A stretch of DNA of 48,330 nucleotides from Catajapyx aquilonaris (lineage: Eukaryota). The stretch covers positions 1-48,330 of the forward strand of contig KZ538777.1 in assembly GCA_000934665.2 (NCBI GenBank), in the 5' to 3' direction. A program made the translations under genes and the position numbers. Under the pieces are notes generated by a model. That model saw only the letters and a list, made by a program, of their open reading frames with translations. It did no database searches and was not told the DNA's origin. Below, piece after piece: positions 10,649 through 23,500 of the stretch; the stretch's first letter is position 1; each line of letters starts with the position of its first letter.

Positions 10649-13600
10649 TTACTACTGCAATATTCTCCAAAGCCGGCTAAAATAACCTTTGAGACTTGAA
10701 CCTACAGCTCCAGGAACCATATTATATGAATCGCATAGCCGACCCTGTATACAGTAGGTTATTGTATTGCGCATCCAATGGCAACTTCCCGAAAATAACT
10801 TGGAATTAATTCAATGGCAATATGAAAGGTATTCGCTTGATTATTTTATACTTCTAGTTTCCAAGAAACCAGTCTATGCAGGGGTTTATTATACTGTACC
10901 ACGACCTTCAGGAGTTCTTAGTCAGCATGTCGCTCAAAAGTTGAAGTATATGGCAGTATATGAACTTTTTTGTTGTTTTCTCATACCTTAATTGCCACGC
11001 CCTTAGCAACCGCCTACCATCAAAAAATTATTACAAATTTAGGTTACTAAGCGGCCCATAGTTTCCGGCTAGAACATTTGCGACAAATGCCTTCAAACAT
11101 ATACGTCATGGCAACCCCCGTGTGAAAACATTTCCCATCGTATAACGACACGCCCCNCCCCTCCCTCAAGTGACCGGACATACGGCTCAGCGTAGCTAAC
11201 TGTTAAATTCATCCAAAGCAAATGAGCGGGACCGTATTTTAAGAGTGACACCCACATAAAATCCTCATTCTTCACGGCACTTCCAGTCTCTATTGCAGAA
11301 ATGAGCACACAACAAACCTTATCCCCCGCACAATGACCGCACACGGTGGTTCTGGTACTCCCCCAAATTTACTGTCACTGGATGTATGCTGGTGTCTTCC
11401 CCTATGCGTCAGTGAGACACACGAGCATTGACGATGGACGTCGCACGTCCGCCTGCCGAAACTACTAACATCATAGACAGGAGAGGACTCTTGCATCGCC
11501 TCAACCCTAAAAATACGACTGACCCACCAGTATTGTTACCTCGAAATTGCCGGCTGGCCAAGTCTTCTACAAGACGAGTCCAGTTATAAATAAGCGCCGG
11601 CTCAACTGCACGTCTTTTTATGTACGGAATATATAGTACAATGGCCAGGGCTCCCCATTTACACACATGTGATGTCTGCATTTCAGAGTAGATGGTGGGC
11701 ATTTCTATTGCCCAGATTGGTTGGTTCGGGACTAAAATACTATGCGGATTTTGCGCAAACTACAAAATCATTGTGTTGAAAGGCGCCATGTGCGGTCAAG
11801 GGCACCGATATCATCTGCTGGCAAAAACCGGATGTGGCTATCGGCAAATTCATATTTTTGTGCATGATTGATGGGGGCGAAGGGAAATTTTCTATTGGGA
11901 TGTGGCTTAATGTAATAAGTCCCTCCCAGAAGTGCTACCTGCGAAATGGGAAATAGGTTAAAATGTACAATCTGGCCCTTCCATGACATCATGCAAGTGC
12001 GCGTGGTATACAAAAATAACAATGAACCATATTAATAACATTTATTACAACCTTCAACGCATTCTGCACGTTAGGTTTGCGTCTCCGCCCCCGACTCAAA
12101 GCCGACGACTAATTAGCTCTCAGCACACGCTCACATATGCCAGAGACGTGCGAATGAAGGACAAAGATTCTTCCCCACCCGTCTACTCGTCATATCCGCA
12201 CTTACATTCCTTTTCACCATCACGGGTCAAAATGCAGCAAGCCGCCAAAGTCTGGCTAAGCGGTAGACACATGCGCTCTAATGTGTTCGTATAAGCACGC
12301 TATACTGAACGCTGCATGTCTATAAGTGACTGTAGAAATTGATGGCCAATTATAGTCAAGGCATGATTGCATGTGCAGGTTGGTATTTTTCGCCTTGAAG
12401 TGTGACTGCGCCATAGTTATGCAGTGGCCTGTATCCCGTCGTGTGTGACCGATTTCTTGCCATATCAACGAAACTTGCAATGGGTCTGCATTTGATGGGC
12501 AATTGGCCTGGAAAGACCTCGAAAGGCGGAGATGGAGAGTTACTATGGTGCTGACCCCGTCCGGGAGTTTCAGAAACTAACACAAAATTTACGTATTGTT
12601 TCAGAACATTTTGGTCAGTTTAATACCAATAACGCCCAGTTATGAAGAGTGCAGGGGCGTGCCATGGATGCATGCATACCTGTCCTAAAAACAAGGAATC
12701 AAATGAAGTTGCATGCGTCGATCATGTGCTTGTACATTTTCACATGTGTTGCAATGAGCACCTAACGGACCATTAATTATTTCTGCCTCGGGGTTGATCC
12801 CGTCATTAAGTGAACCTCACACAAGCGTTGGGAATGCCATTGCAGGTATATGCGGCTACTCATTGGCCATCAGTCAACTATGAACTATCCCGCAATCCCG
12901 TGCAGCTGTATAGCAGAGTAGTAACATAAAAACAGTTCGATGCGGATCTGGTGGCCTGATAAGCCTATCTTCAACCCAAGTGTCAATGCGGCAATACTAT
13001 TGCGTAATATTACATAATGCAAATACGTCGATAATATAGGCAAACACTAAGGGATTCTTTAAAAGGAAATATCTTTCCGTCCTGTACACCGCTGAGCACA
13101 AAGATACTAGAGTATGTATAGCACAAATGCCCTAGTCAGCCATCTTTATTCTGAAGCTCTGCAGAGCCTTTGGCCAGCAACCAAAACTGCGTGCAGAAGA
13201 AATGAGAATAAAAGCTCATAAATTTTGGGAGGTCTTAAGAATACGGAGGCTGCCAAGCAGCCTGAAGACGTCGTTAGAGAGTAAACGGGGGTCCTTTCGA
13301 CACAGACTGCATTCAAACGTCGTAAAAGTGGCAAGTGCAGACAGCGACTGTCGTTTGTTTCAAGATGGCCTCCCCACTCTTTCTGCTTTCCACCACTCGG
13401 ATCATCCTCGTATCATCAGCTTGTCTAAGGACACTGAATAAACAGAGTTAAGACTAGCAGACTTTCATTAGCACTGTCATGTACTTCAGTTCTTAAAAGC
13501 TCTCCTCGTGACATATCGTTGACAACAACACTGTCTACAGCTGATTTGGGAGGGGCAAGAAGTTGAGGACAGAACCACGCTCGCTTGGTCTACGCTTATA

Positions 13601-16600
13601 GCAATAGGCCTACTGTAGATGGGCGTCTATAGTGACATCGTCAATTATTATTAATCTGCCATCGCATTTCCAAGTCATGCAGTGTACGTCTGCGTGGGCG
13701 GAGGTGAGACGTGAGTGAATGCATACTACCGGTATGGTGTGCGAAAATTACTCACGAATATTCCAATAAATAAGAGAACATTAGGGGGAAATTAAGCTCA
13801 CTTAAAATAATCATTGTTATATTTCATAAGTTACACTATAAGTCGTTCAACTCATATCTCATGCATCTTTTTTTTGCATCTTATGCAATATAAAATATTG
13901 CATGTGTATAAATGAAGCTGAGAAAAATTATCACAATATTCCTCTATTGATAAGGGGGTCAATAACAATGCACCATAACAATGTGCTGATTTCTACATAC
14001 CGTGTATTTAAGAACTGAACTCACAACTGTAGCCTATATGTGTCGGGGGAAATATTGCTTACGCCTGTAAGTCACGTTGGTCCCCTGACTACAAAAGAGG
14101 AGAGATGAGGTTGGGAAATGTGCCTTTGGTTCTCCCAACCGGCTCCTACTTGGTGGGTACACTTGGACACAGGAGTCCTTGACGCAGGAGTGTCCGAGAA
14201 ATTCCCACTAACACGAATCATGCAAACTCAATTATGGCACAAGGGGTATAATGTATAATTACGGTGTTCTGCAAAACATCGCATAAACTATTTCATACGA
14301 TTCTGGCAGAATGCAAAGTGATATTACATAACAGTGTGTGGTTAAAAAATTGGACAGTAGTTCTGAAGCAAAGCACTTTTTTTTATTCACCATACACGTC
14401 AAACAGGATTGACAAGGTTTTATTTTTATTTTTAACGACAAAATATGCGAATGACTTCCAACACAAACTTTCGTATAATAGGTATGTAACTACTCTAACG
14501 TAAGTGGTCTTGAGGAATAGAGCAATGTCTGGGGCAAACTGATAGCATAAGGAAGGAGTTCTATTTTTTTCTTGAACTTGCTACGTTGCAAAACTGATAC
14601 GGTAAGTTCGGTAACTGATTTTATCATCAACAGACAACTCCCGAGAATACAAAACATTTCTTAGGCTTACGTGAAACTTGGAAATGTGATCCATTTCCAT
14701 CATGTTTTCTTGAATTTCTTGAACCTTTTTGCGGCTGATGAAATAATTATAATATAAGTATTCGCCAGTGTCTACACTCCATGAGAGTTGCAATACATAA
14801 TCCTACACCTATGCGACATTAGCTTCTGATCTACATACAGACAAAATCGGACGATACCGGTACTTGATAACTACATAAATTTTATTCAATTGGGATGTTA
14901 TACGATATCATACAGGCCGCATGATGTCCGTTTCTACATAGTTTTTCTTATAAACTTTCCGACAAGGTATCCCTTGGCACATTAATTGTATGGGTGATCT
15001 AAGACTAATTGCACAAAAATTTCGAAAACTAACGGTGTTAATGAGAGGGAGATTTGAGATGAAAGGATACCTTCTGTTGAGATTATAATAGTGCTAATAG
15101 TGCCAAAAGACAAGCCTGTACACAGACATCATAATATTATTTTATATGCGCATATTAGATCTCTCACATACCATGGAGGTAGAATGGTCAGTTTCTTCAA
15201 TACAATTGTTTTAAAACTCCATTGTAATGTCAAATATCTCCTGTCAGCATATATCAAGCTTACACTATACTCGAAGGGCATAAGCTTATTATATACTGTG
15301 TACTGTCTACTGCGCCACCACATACCGTAATGTACAATAAACTGCATCAGTATCTATCGATAGATTACCTCCGGATCACTATTAATTAATCTACTAATCT
15401 ACTACTTAATTTGCCTAGCATCGACCCTCTGTATATCTGATATGTATAGAGTAGAGCACCTTACGCGTGCATTAACTTTTAAGAACCGTATACACTGTAC
15501 CCGCTTAATTATCACTGACTGCGTGCAGTAAGTATAGTATACAAAGTCTCGATTCATAATAATGTAGCCAGTATTTTTACGTCAAGCATTTTATTTACCA
15601 AGTGCCGGCGAGATTCTTCTCATATCTTTTCATTCACTTGAAACAGACATGCTTCCCAGCAATCCCTAAAGGCATGTAGCGTAGCATTACCGTTGGCCGC
15701 GCCATACCTGCTCAAAACAAATTGCAGGTATACAACCCCCAACCCGTTCATAAAAGCCTAATTGCACCTCCTAGACTGAACACGTATCCTCCCAAAATGA
15801 GAAAACGCATCAAAAAGGGAGCCTCCATTGGCGCATTTGTCCTAGAAGACTCGGCTTGTTCCCAATCTTGAAAAGAGCACTTGATTTGCTCGCTTGACAT
15901 CGACAAAAGACTTTCCCCCGTCTCCCTGTCAATTCCGCATGGACTATTGCAGCAAAATGAGGCCGTCGCTTGATGAAGTTGCACTTGGCATGATGTACGC
16001 AAATTGTGGCCGGTGGCGAACTTGGGCATAGAGCCAGTTCGCAAGTCCCATGCTGCGCCAGACGGACACCCTGGGAACTGCCGAGTTATCTACCTCCACC
16101 AGTAGAGAGTGGAGGTGAAAATCAGAGCCCGGCACTCCATCTCCATTAGGAGCCAGCTAATTCCCTAAGCACGGAGTTCGCTCAATGTTGCTGGCGGGAT
16201 GTGACGTCACAAGTGGCGGGCAAGATACCGGTAGTCAGGAGGGGGGACGGATAGTGTTGGGGGCCGGCCAACCCCCAACCGCAGTGCGGATCGCCTTCCT
16301 TTCCAGCCTCTTTGCGGATAGAAGCCTAAACGCACGCTTACTCACCAGATGGGAGCCTGGATTGCGGACGGGATTAATTGGTAGACCACCAGATCATATC
16401 GGGTTGTCATATCTAATTGGCTGCTTGATAATGGGAGATTGCTAAATAGGATGGGAGCAAAGTCTGGTCCAGGTGTGAAGATTCTCACAAAATGGCCTAG
16501 GGACAGTCAAGTTGGGAGATGTCTACAAGATTTTGCGGAAGGCGCAACAGATGCTACAGTGTCAAGCTACCCAAGTTCCGTGGCTGACAGTCACGTTGAC

Positions 16601-19600
16601 AGCATTTCCGAAGGGTGTCCCCCAGCAGTGGAGTCTAGCAACCCACATCATTTTTGCTCCCGGAAATTGAAGTGTGAATTGCCTCACCAACACTTTGAAT
16701 TGATACGCGACAAACTTGCCACAAAAGCAGGTACTCGGACAACAAAAAACGCTACACGCACTGACATCATCATGGGCTATTCGGCTTCACCTCTATTCAT
16801 TAGGGAGGAAGCTACCAGCTATACGGGTGGAGGCTAAATGGAGAGTTACCACAATCAAAGAAAGGTGCTGATAGTGACTCTCCTCCTGCAGAAACCATTT
16901 CGCAAATTGAACTTCCACATTTCGGACAAATTGTGCCCGACAGACAGAGATTACTTTCCTTGTACCAGTGCAGTTCAACTGATTGAGAAGTTGGCAGACG
17001 CCCCGGGAACAAAAAGAATAAAGAAAAGAAAGAGACCAATGCGGGCTGAGTGACTTTTAAAACAGGTACAGCCATTTACAGGTAAACCGTTCTTTACGGG
17101 GAAACGGGATCTGGAGTTCTCAGAATTCTATACCTTTGTTGTGGTACGTTTGTGCCAGATGGTTATAAAAAGCGTAAACAAACTTGGAGAATGCAGGCGT
17201 CAGACTGTTCCCTATACCCTACACCCGCGTTGCATGGAGCAGTCAACACTTTAATAAATGATATAGCAATAAATTCCAATAGAGCAATAGTCCTTAGACC
17301 AAGTGACCCGTGGACTCGGTCAATTGAGCCACGACCCGGTCCTCAATTACTTATTGCCCCATTTACCCATTCATGGTCTACTGACCTTGCCGACAGTTAT
17401 GAAGGTCTTGCACCAAGGCTTTGCCATATTCCCTGCAGCGTTGCATAACGACCTCCTATTCAATTATGCTACTAATTAAACAGTTAGGCTTACTAAATTG
17501 GGCGTGGTCTCGTATTAATTTCCCATTCTCGCTACTTATACATGAAGGAAGTGAAACAATTAGCTGTAACTCCAATTTTGTTTGCCAGAAACAATGTAAT
17601 ACTATAGATACTAACGGGAGCAATAGCATGCTCTTCTTTCGCATTGCGACAGCCGCGTGGTGCCAGACCTACAGTAAGAGACATCAATAACTTGAGCCGA
17701 CATTTAATCCATAATTTGTCTCATCCCTTCCGCATTGACATCTTCATCAAAAAAATCGACGAATTCTCAGTAGGTAAAAACCCACAAGTCCAACCGGACC
17801 TAAGAGTGTCTCCAAGCTGTCTAAAGCCCATCACACCCTTAAAAAAAAATCCAACAGAGAAGCCCAAGTTCGAAAGGGCTGTAGGGAAAGTCATTTCAGC
17901 GACGAAAGTGGATACTGTATAGTAGGGATTCCCTAGAGAAGGAAAGGAGGAACGAGGCAGCATAGGAATTGCTCTAGTATGCATATGTATGCAGGTGAGG
18001 AGCAGAAAAAAAAGTCTTCCCCCCCCCCCCCTTACCCCCTTCAAAGCCCAACGTGCTTCCAGGTGGAGACTTTGGTTCTTCTTTTCTTTTCTTTTCACCC
18101 TCTTTTCTGGGCTGCTCCATTGATTTCTGGAGCCAGATGCGTCAGAAAACAGCTGCATCTGCCGTGGAAAAAGAGAAAATTCCCACCCTAGCCTGCCACA
18201 GACGGCTTTTTCATCACCATCTGGGTCGTCCTTGTGCGCGACATGGCGCCCGATCAAATTCAAGGGATCGAACCTCAAAATATGCTGACTCACAAATCTC
18301 CTATCCATTGTGTATTCATTTACTCCGGGGGGACTTAACTTGCAGAATTTTGAGGTCAGAGCCTGTGCGTTGGTATTGGCCTGACACAAAATAGCTTAGG
18401 TTGTGACAATGCGGTCGTAAAATTTGTTATCTAATTGACTTCGTTACTACTATGTGCGCAATACAATGAAGCAATAAGGTTGGAGAAAATACAAAATAGA
18501 TATGGTCTGTTGAAAATGACTATAGAGTATAGAGTAGAAGGCATTTTCTACAGAAATTAGTTTGGCTCACCCGAGGATGATTACTATGCAGTATATTTTT
18601 CCAGTAGGAAACTAGGGTGTCAACAATATTGCTGGCACAGTAACATCCTTGACTTGAACACGTAAAGCCTGACGTCACTGTACTCAGGGCACTGTACCAA
18701 TCAATCAATCATGTAACCATCACAAAGCCAAGCCAAGAAAAAAAAAGTGTTCGCATGGTTCACTTGAAAGTGTGCCTATTAATAGCATACAAGGAGATTC
18801 CTAGAATCCCTGAAAAACTGCGGCAATGTTTACAACGTCAATATTCAAATAACAATCCTAAAATAACGATTTTATCATCCCAAATTTACTGCAGCATCAG
18901 TGTAACAAATCACGCCTAATCATGCCCCTATTCTGTACATATAATTACGATGAAAAGTAGTTTTCCAGCACTATTTTTGAGCTGTACAGTATCCAGGTTC
19001 TTCTTGGCAAGCTGAAATCCGGCCCTACCTCCATTCATTTTTAAAAGCACCTGACATCGGCAATAAAATATCCGCGTATAGTATATGAACGCAATCATTG
19101 GCGTTTGTCACGGTTCCCCCCTCGACTGTAAAAACCTGCAGTGGTGCAATCCGCTTCTTTGTTATGTAAATCCCACCCCCCACCCAAATACCCCCCTCCC
19201 CCCGTCACCTCTGACAAAAAAAAAAATACAGAAAAGAAAAGAAAACGGAAAAATACGAGAACGAAAAAAGTTTAGGACGCGGTGAAGTATCGCGAAGGAA
19301 ACCCCGGAATGATAATCCGACCGAGTTGGCTTTTATTGCGGAGACTTGCGTTTGTCTATCGGATGGAGGAATAAAATGGGGTTTTAGTTTCGTAGGAAGG
19401 CAGGTTTCGGCCCAATGTAATCCGGAGAATACGCCTTTCGGGTAAGGAAGGGGGAATAAAAGACGTCTTGTAACCAGAAGGGGTTGCAACCCATGCTTAC
19501 TGCATGGATCCTTCCTAGGATATCTTCGCCAGCCATGCGTCACTTGCATTTGGTACAGCACCAACAAGGCATATGCAAACATCCACTGCAGTGCCTCCAT

Positions 19601-20431
19601 CCCTGTGGTGGAATGGGGAGGTGGGAGGAAGGGAGGGGGGGGGGGGGTCAACTCAGAATCAGCCGACTGCATTGCATTTGCAACTGCATAATCCAGTTTA
19701 TAATGAGTAATTAATTATATCTCATGCGAGATGCGATACTTCTAACAATGAGTAGGGGCATACAGTATTTTATAACAAATGGCGGTTGCATCATTGCAAT
19801 CAATTATTAATTTGGGTCAGAGTGGGATTAGTTCCAATAAAATAAGGGCGCGGGGGAAAACTGGATTTTTCACATTGTTCAAAGGCCTGCCGTTTTAAGG
19901 GCTGGTTTTTAAATTAATGAAATTAATGCTGTTATGTACTTCAAATAGAAACGCGGCTGAATCTAATGCAATCACATACCCTAACTAATGCAATATCGGC
20001 ATTGATTTAATGTTAAACTACATGCTATGCATATACACGCACCGCTGGTGTGCTGAATTCAAGTTCCATCATTTATAGGCAAAGAAAGCTGGCACCCAGC
20101 TGACACACCCATGAGAATATCGGTTAAAATCTTTGTCCATGTCTGCTGTATTCCTTCTCTTCTACTCTATGTTGCCATTACCCTCCAAATGTTGATGGGA
20201 CGCCTTATCGCGACATCACAAGGTTCCGCAATAAGCAATTGCTTCCCGCAACATTCACCCGCAGAACAAAGAGGACCAATAAGGGCACGGAAATAAGATT
20301 GGCGTGTTTCGTGTTTTTGTGCGCTATGATAAGGTCTGCTTACAAAAACAAAGTTGAAAAAAATGCAGCTCACACTATACTGAACCAAGCTATACTGAAA
20401 AAACTTTAAAATCATTTAAATACATATCGTG

Positions 20432-20531
20432 GAATTTTCGTCTTACTAATAGTTACTTCTAACTTAGCAGTACCAGTGGTACCAATGGTACTGCTAAGTT
20501 AGCAGTAACTATAGTAGTACGACGAAAATTC
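20432..20531. repeat. 100-bp imperfect palindrome centred on GGTACC
   Basis: GAATTTTCGTC...CTAACTTAGCAGTACCAGTGGTACCAATGGTACTGCTAAGTTAG...GACGAAAATTC. Confidence 0.85.
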
Positions 20532-23500
20532 AACCCATATGCATTTATAAATGTCAAACTTAGTAGTGTATACTGTACATAGACATCCTTTCCGGACTAG
20601 AAGTTGCAAATAAATTGCATATTCGATGAAGCAGATGTATACCGTGGGGTAAAATAAGCTGCGAAAAACTTGGGCAAAATTTGTATCCAAGCTTTATTTA
20701 GATTATGCAAGTTGACTAACCGGTGGATTAAAAACCATTCTCTATTTACCATATTGAACGCAAAAGTGTAAGTTTAGCCTGTCAAGCTGCTGCCGTTTAT
20801 ACGCGGCCCGTATAAAAACAAGTTTACCGCAGAACTTTCAGACTTGTTTGTTTTAAAGCATGCATAAACAGCCCAGAGTAACCTACACTTCCGTGCGTTT
20901 TGTCCCTCTAGCTGGCCCAGAAATAATGCCAATGACACTGGGCGTGGCAACTCTCAGTTGCAACACAAAACCCATTAGGACTTTTTTTTTAACGCAATTA
21001 ACCAGTCATCTGAAAATGACTTTTTGCCATCTAAATGACGAGTAGCCAGGCGGCCTTAGTTGCTTTGGCTCCTTCCCACTTACATAAATGACGAGGATGT
21101 AAAAAAAAAAGGCGTCATTATTTTGATGCAGTAATCCACTAATTCGTATCTTGCATTTAACATGCATTGTCTTGTGACATGACAAGTGCTCAAAATTCCT
21201 CTAAAATCTTCTTTTCCACAATGGCGCAACTCGATCCGATAATGAACGAGGCACGCTAATGAGTCAACAATTACCGAGCGAAATTACCTTACTATTTGTA
21301 TTTCCAGCAACCTGAACATTGCGTTGATGCACTCCCCGTAATGACACGCAAAGTTGGACCATAATAGTTTTCCCCATAAGTAAATTTTGTTGTCGGCCAT
21401 TTTAGGCCCGATTGTTAGCAAGTGCCACTGGGATGGATTTTCTGTCCCGGCTCCACAAAAGGCTTCATTAACCAGGATCTTGTTTATGTCTGTCACACAA
21501 TTCTACGTTTGGGGGGAGGAGGGGGGGGGGTACAGGTATTAATTACTCTGGTAGGAGTGACGTGGTGGGACCGGGGAGTGGGATAAGAAATATTGCCGCA
21601 ATGCCGGTTGTAACTCACTATATCACGCTCATCGCTTGTCACAATCGGTGAGGCTTTATGGGGCCCATAAAAGCAGACCTGATGGCCTTGCGTCGATAAG
21701 TCACAAAATATCGGTGTCAATGGTCCTATTGTGCTGCAGATGCACATTTGACTAACTACTACTCGCACGATAGTAATACACTCGATGCAAATCGACAGGA
21801 TGCGATACTGGAAACCTCTCAGGCCATAAAGATTCCATCCGTCGGCGCCATCTTGGGGCGATTCAAGTAGCTGTAACATGGCCAAACGACCTGATGAACG
21901 AGGCCCGAACATATTGGCATTGTCATCGGCCAATATAGCAGATTGTGCTGCTGTATATGGGTCACTTAGGTGGCCAATTAACGTGTGCCTCTTCGGTTTT
22001 TGGAGCAGCAACCTGTTGTGTGCGTGTGGTAGCGCATCCACAGTTTAGCAACGGACCGTTGAGCTCTCCTAGTGGAAAAGCTATTGCTAGGGGAGGGATA
22101 AGGCGCAAAGGGTGTATAGGGGGATGGCTAATTATCCACGGCGATTCAGGAAGGATTTCCCTGCGGACTCGGTACACGCCGAGAAAAAGAGTATTTGAGG
22201 AGCTGGCTTGGTCGATAGTAATGACGTGAGGGATTGCCAGGACCAACGTCAAGGCGAGGAACCAAAACCCCTCCACCCTTTTCCACCCACCCCCAACCAA
22301 CTCCCAAGCTCTTTTTCCAGCTCCAAAAGCTGCAGTGCGGACGTACACTTCCTAGCTCGCAATAATATCGCTGCGGTCATACAGAAAACGGCGTTGCCGA
22401 ATTCATTTCAGCCTATACCAGACTGGAAGATGTGAAATGGTCAAAACTGAGCAAAATGTCAGTTTTCTCATGGGAGATATTTTTGAGAAAGAAAATCTCC
22501 ATATTTCTAAATCTGATGGTTCTGCATTTTTCCCTCGAATGTTTCGCACACACTGGAGCCTATCGACAAGATTTCAGGTGCGACGAAATATGTTGGCGTC
22601 GATGCCTTTGCCAATCAATTCTGGCCGGGTTGCACGACTATACTGCCAAGATGCGAGCCGAAAAGGTCGTTGGATCCTTGGCCAGATTGCCGGATGGTTA
22701 TTGGTTGGATGGACCTTCGTCTCCTTGCCAAATGCATGCATGCATACTTACATTGGAGACACTTACTAGTCACATCTTGTTCCCCTTTGATTGAATCAAG
22801 TTGCATGCTCTCTTTCACAGGCCAGCTTCCTGCTCGAGCTTATTGCGTCGAGTTCATATCGATATCGTTTGCCACCCCCGAAATATCTGAACCAACGCAC
22901 AAGGCGCCCTTTTTCTCAGCTGAATATCGCTAGGTAGCCCAATCATGATCTGATTTGTAACATTTGGGAAAAATGGCACATTCAGGTTGAAGACTGGAAG
23001 ATCTCTATTTTGTGAACATTACCATCCTTATTTCGACATTGAATATAACTGTCGCATCATTCTTTCGATACGAGATAAGGACCCCCCTATGCTTGGCATC
23101 TTCGCAAAATGTTCCGTCTCCAAGCCAGGACCCGAAACGTGCTTTTACCCAAGTCGGGAGCATCGCCTTTAACCACCATTAGCGGGAACGATCCTGAATA
23201 ATCGGCGTCGCACACGCCCCAAACTTCAGAGCAACGCGCAGCAACGCGTCGTCAACTCCGTAAAGGGCAGCCAAATCGGTTGGGAGCGCTCGCAGCGCCA
23301 AGCCTAGTCTGCCTGCTCCACTAAAAATCAAATAAGGGAGGAAATAAAGGAGAGGTGGGTGTGGTGAAAATAAATTCTCCTCCTCTCCCTACCTCCCCTC
23401 CCTTCCCTCGGCATCCAGCACACCCCGAAGCAAGCCGTCGGTTCCCCTAAATAGGGTTAGCCGCGATCCCGTAGAGGAGTGGCGGAAGCTCATTCATCAT

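Noticed and set aside
11425..11465. Hammerhead-like TTGACGA...GAAAC with a small hairpin
   Set aside because: The core lacks the conserved C of CUGANGA, stem II does not abut GAAA, and I found no stems I or III.
17721..18389. 222-aa minus-strand ORF
   Set aside because: It runs through homopolymer and low-complexity tracts and has no recognisable protein features.
21493..22041. 182-aa minus-strand ORF
   Set aside because: No domain similarity that I can recognise, and it ends in a poly-G-derived proline run.
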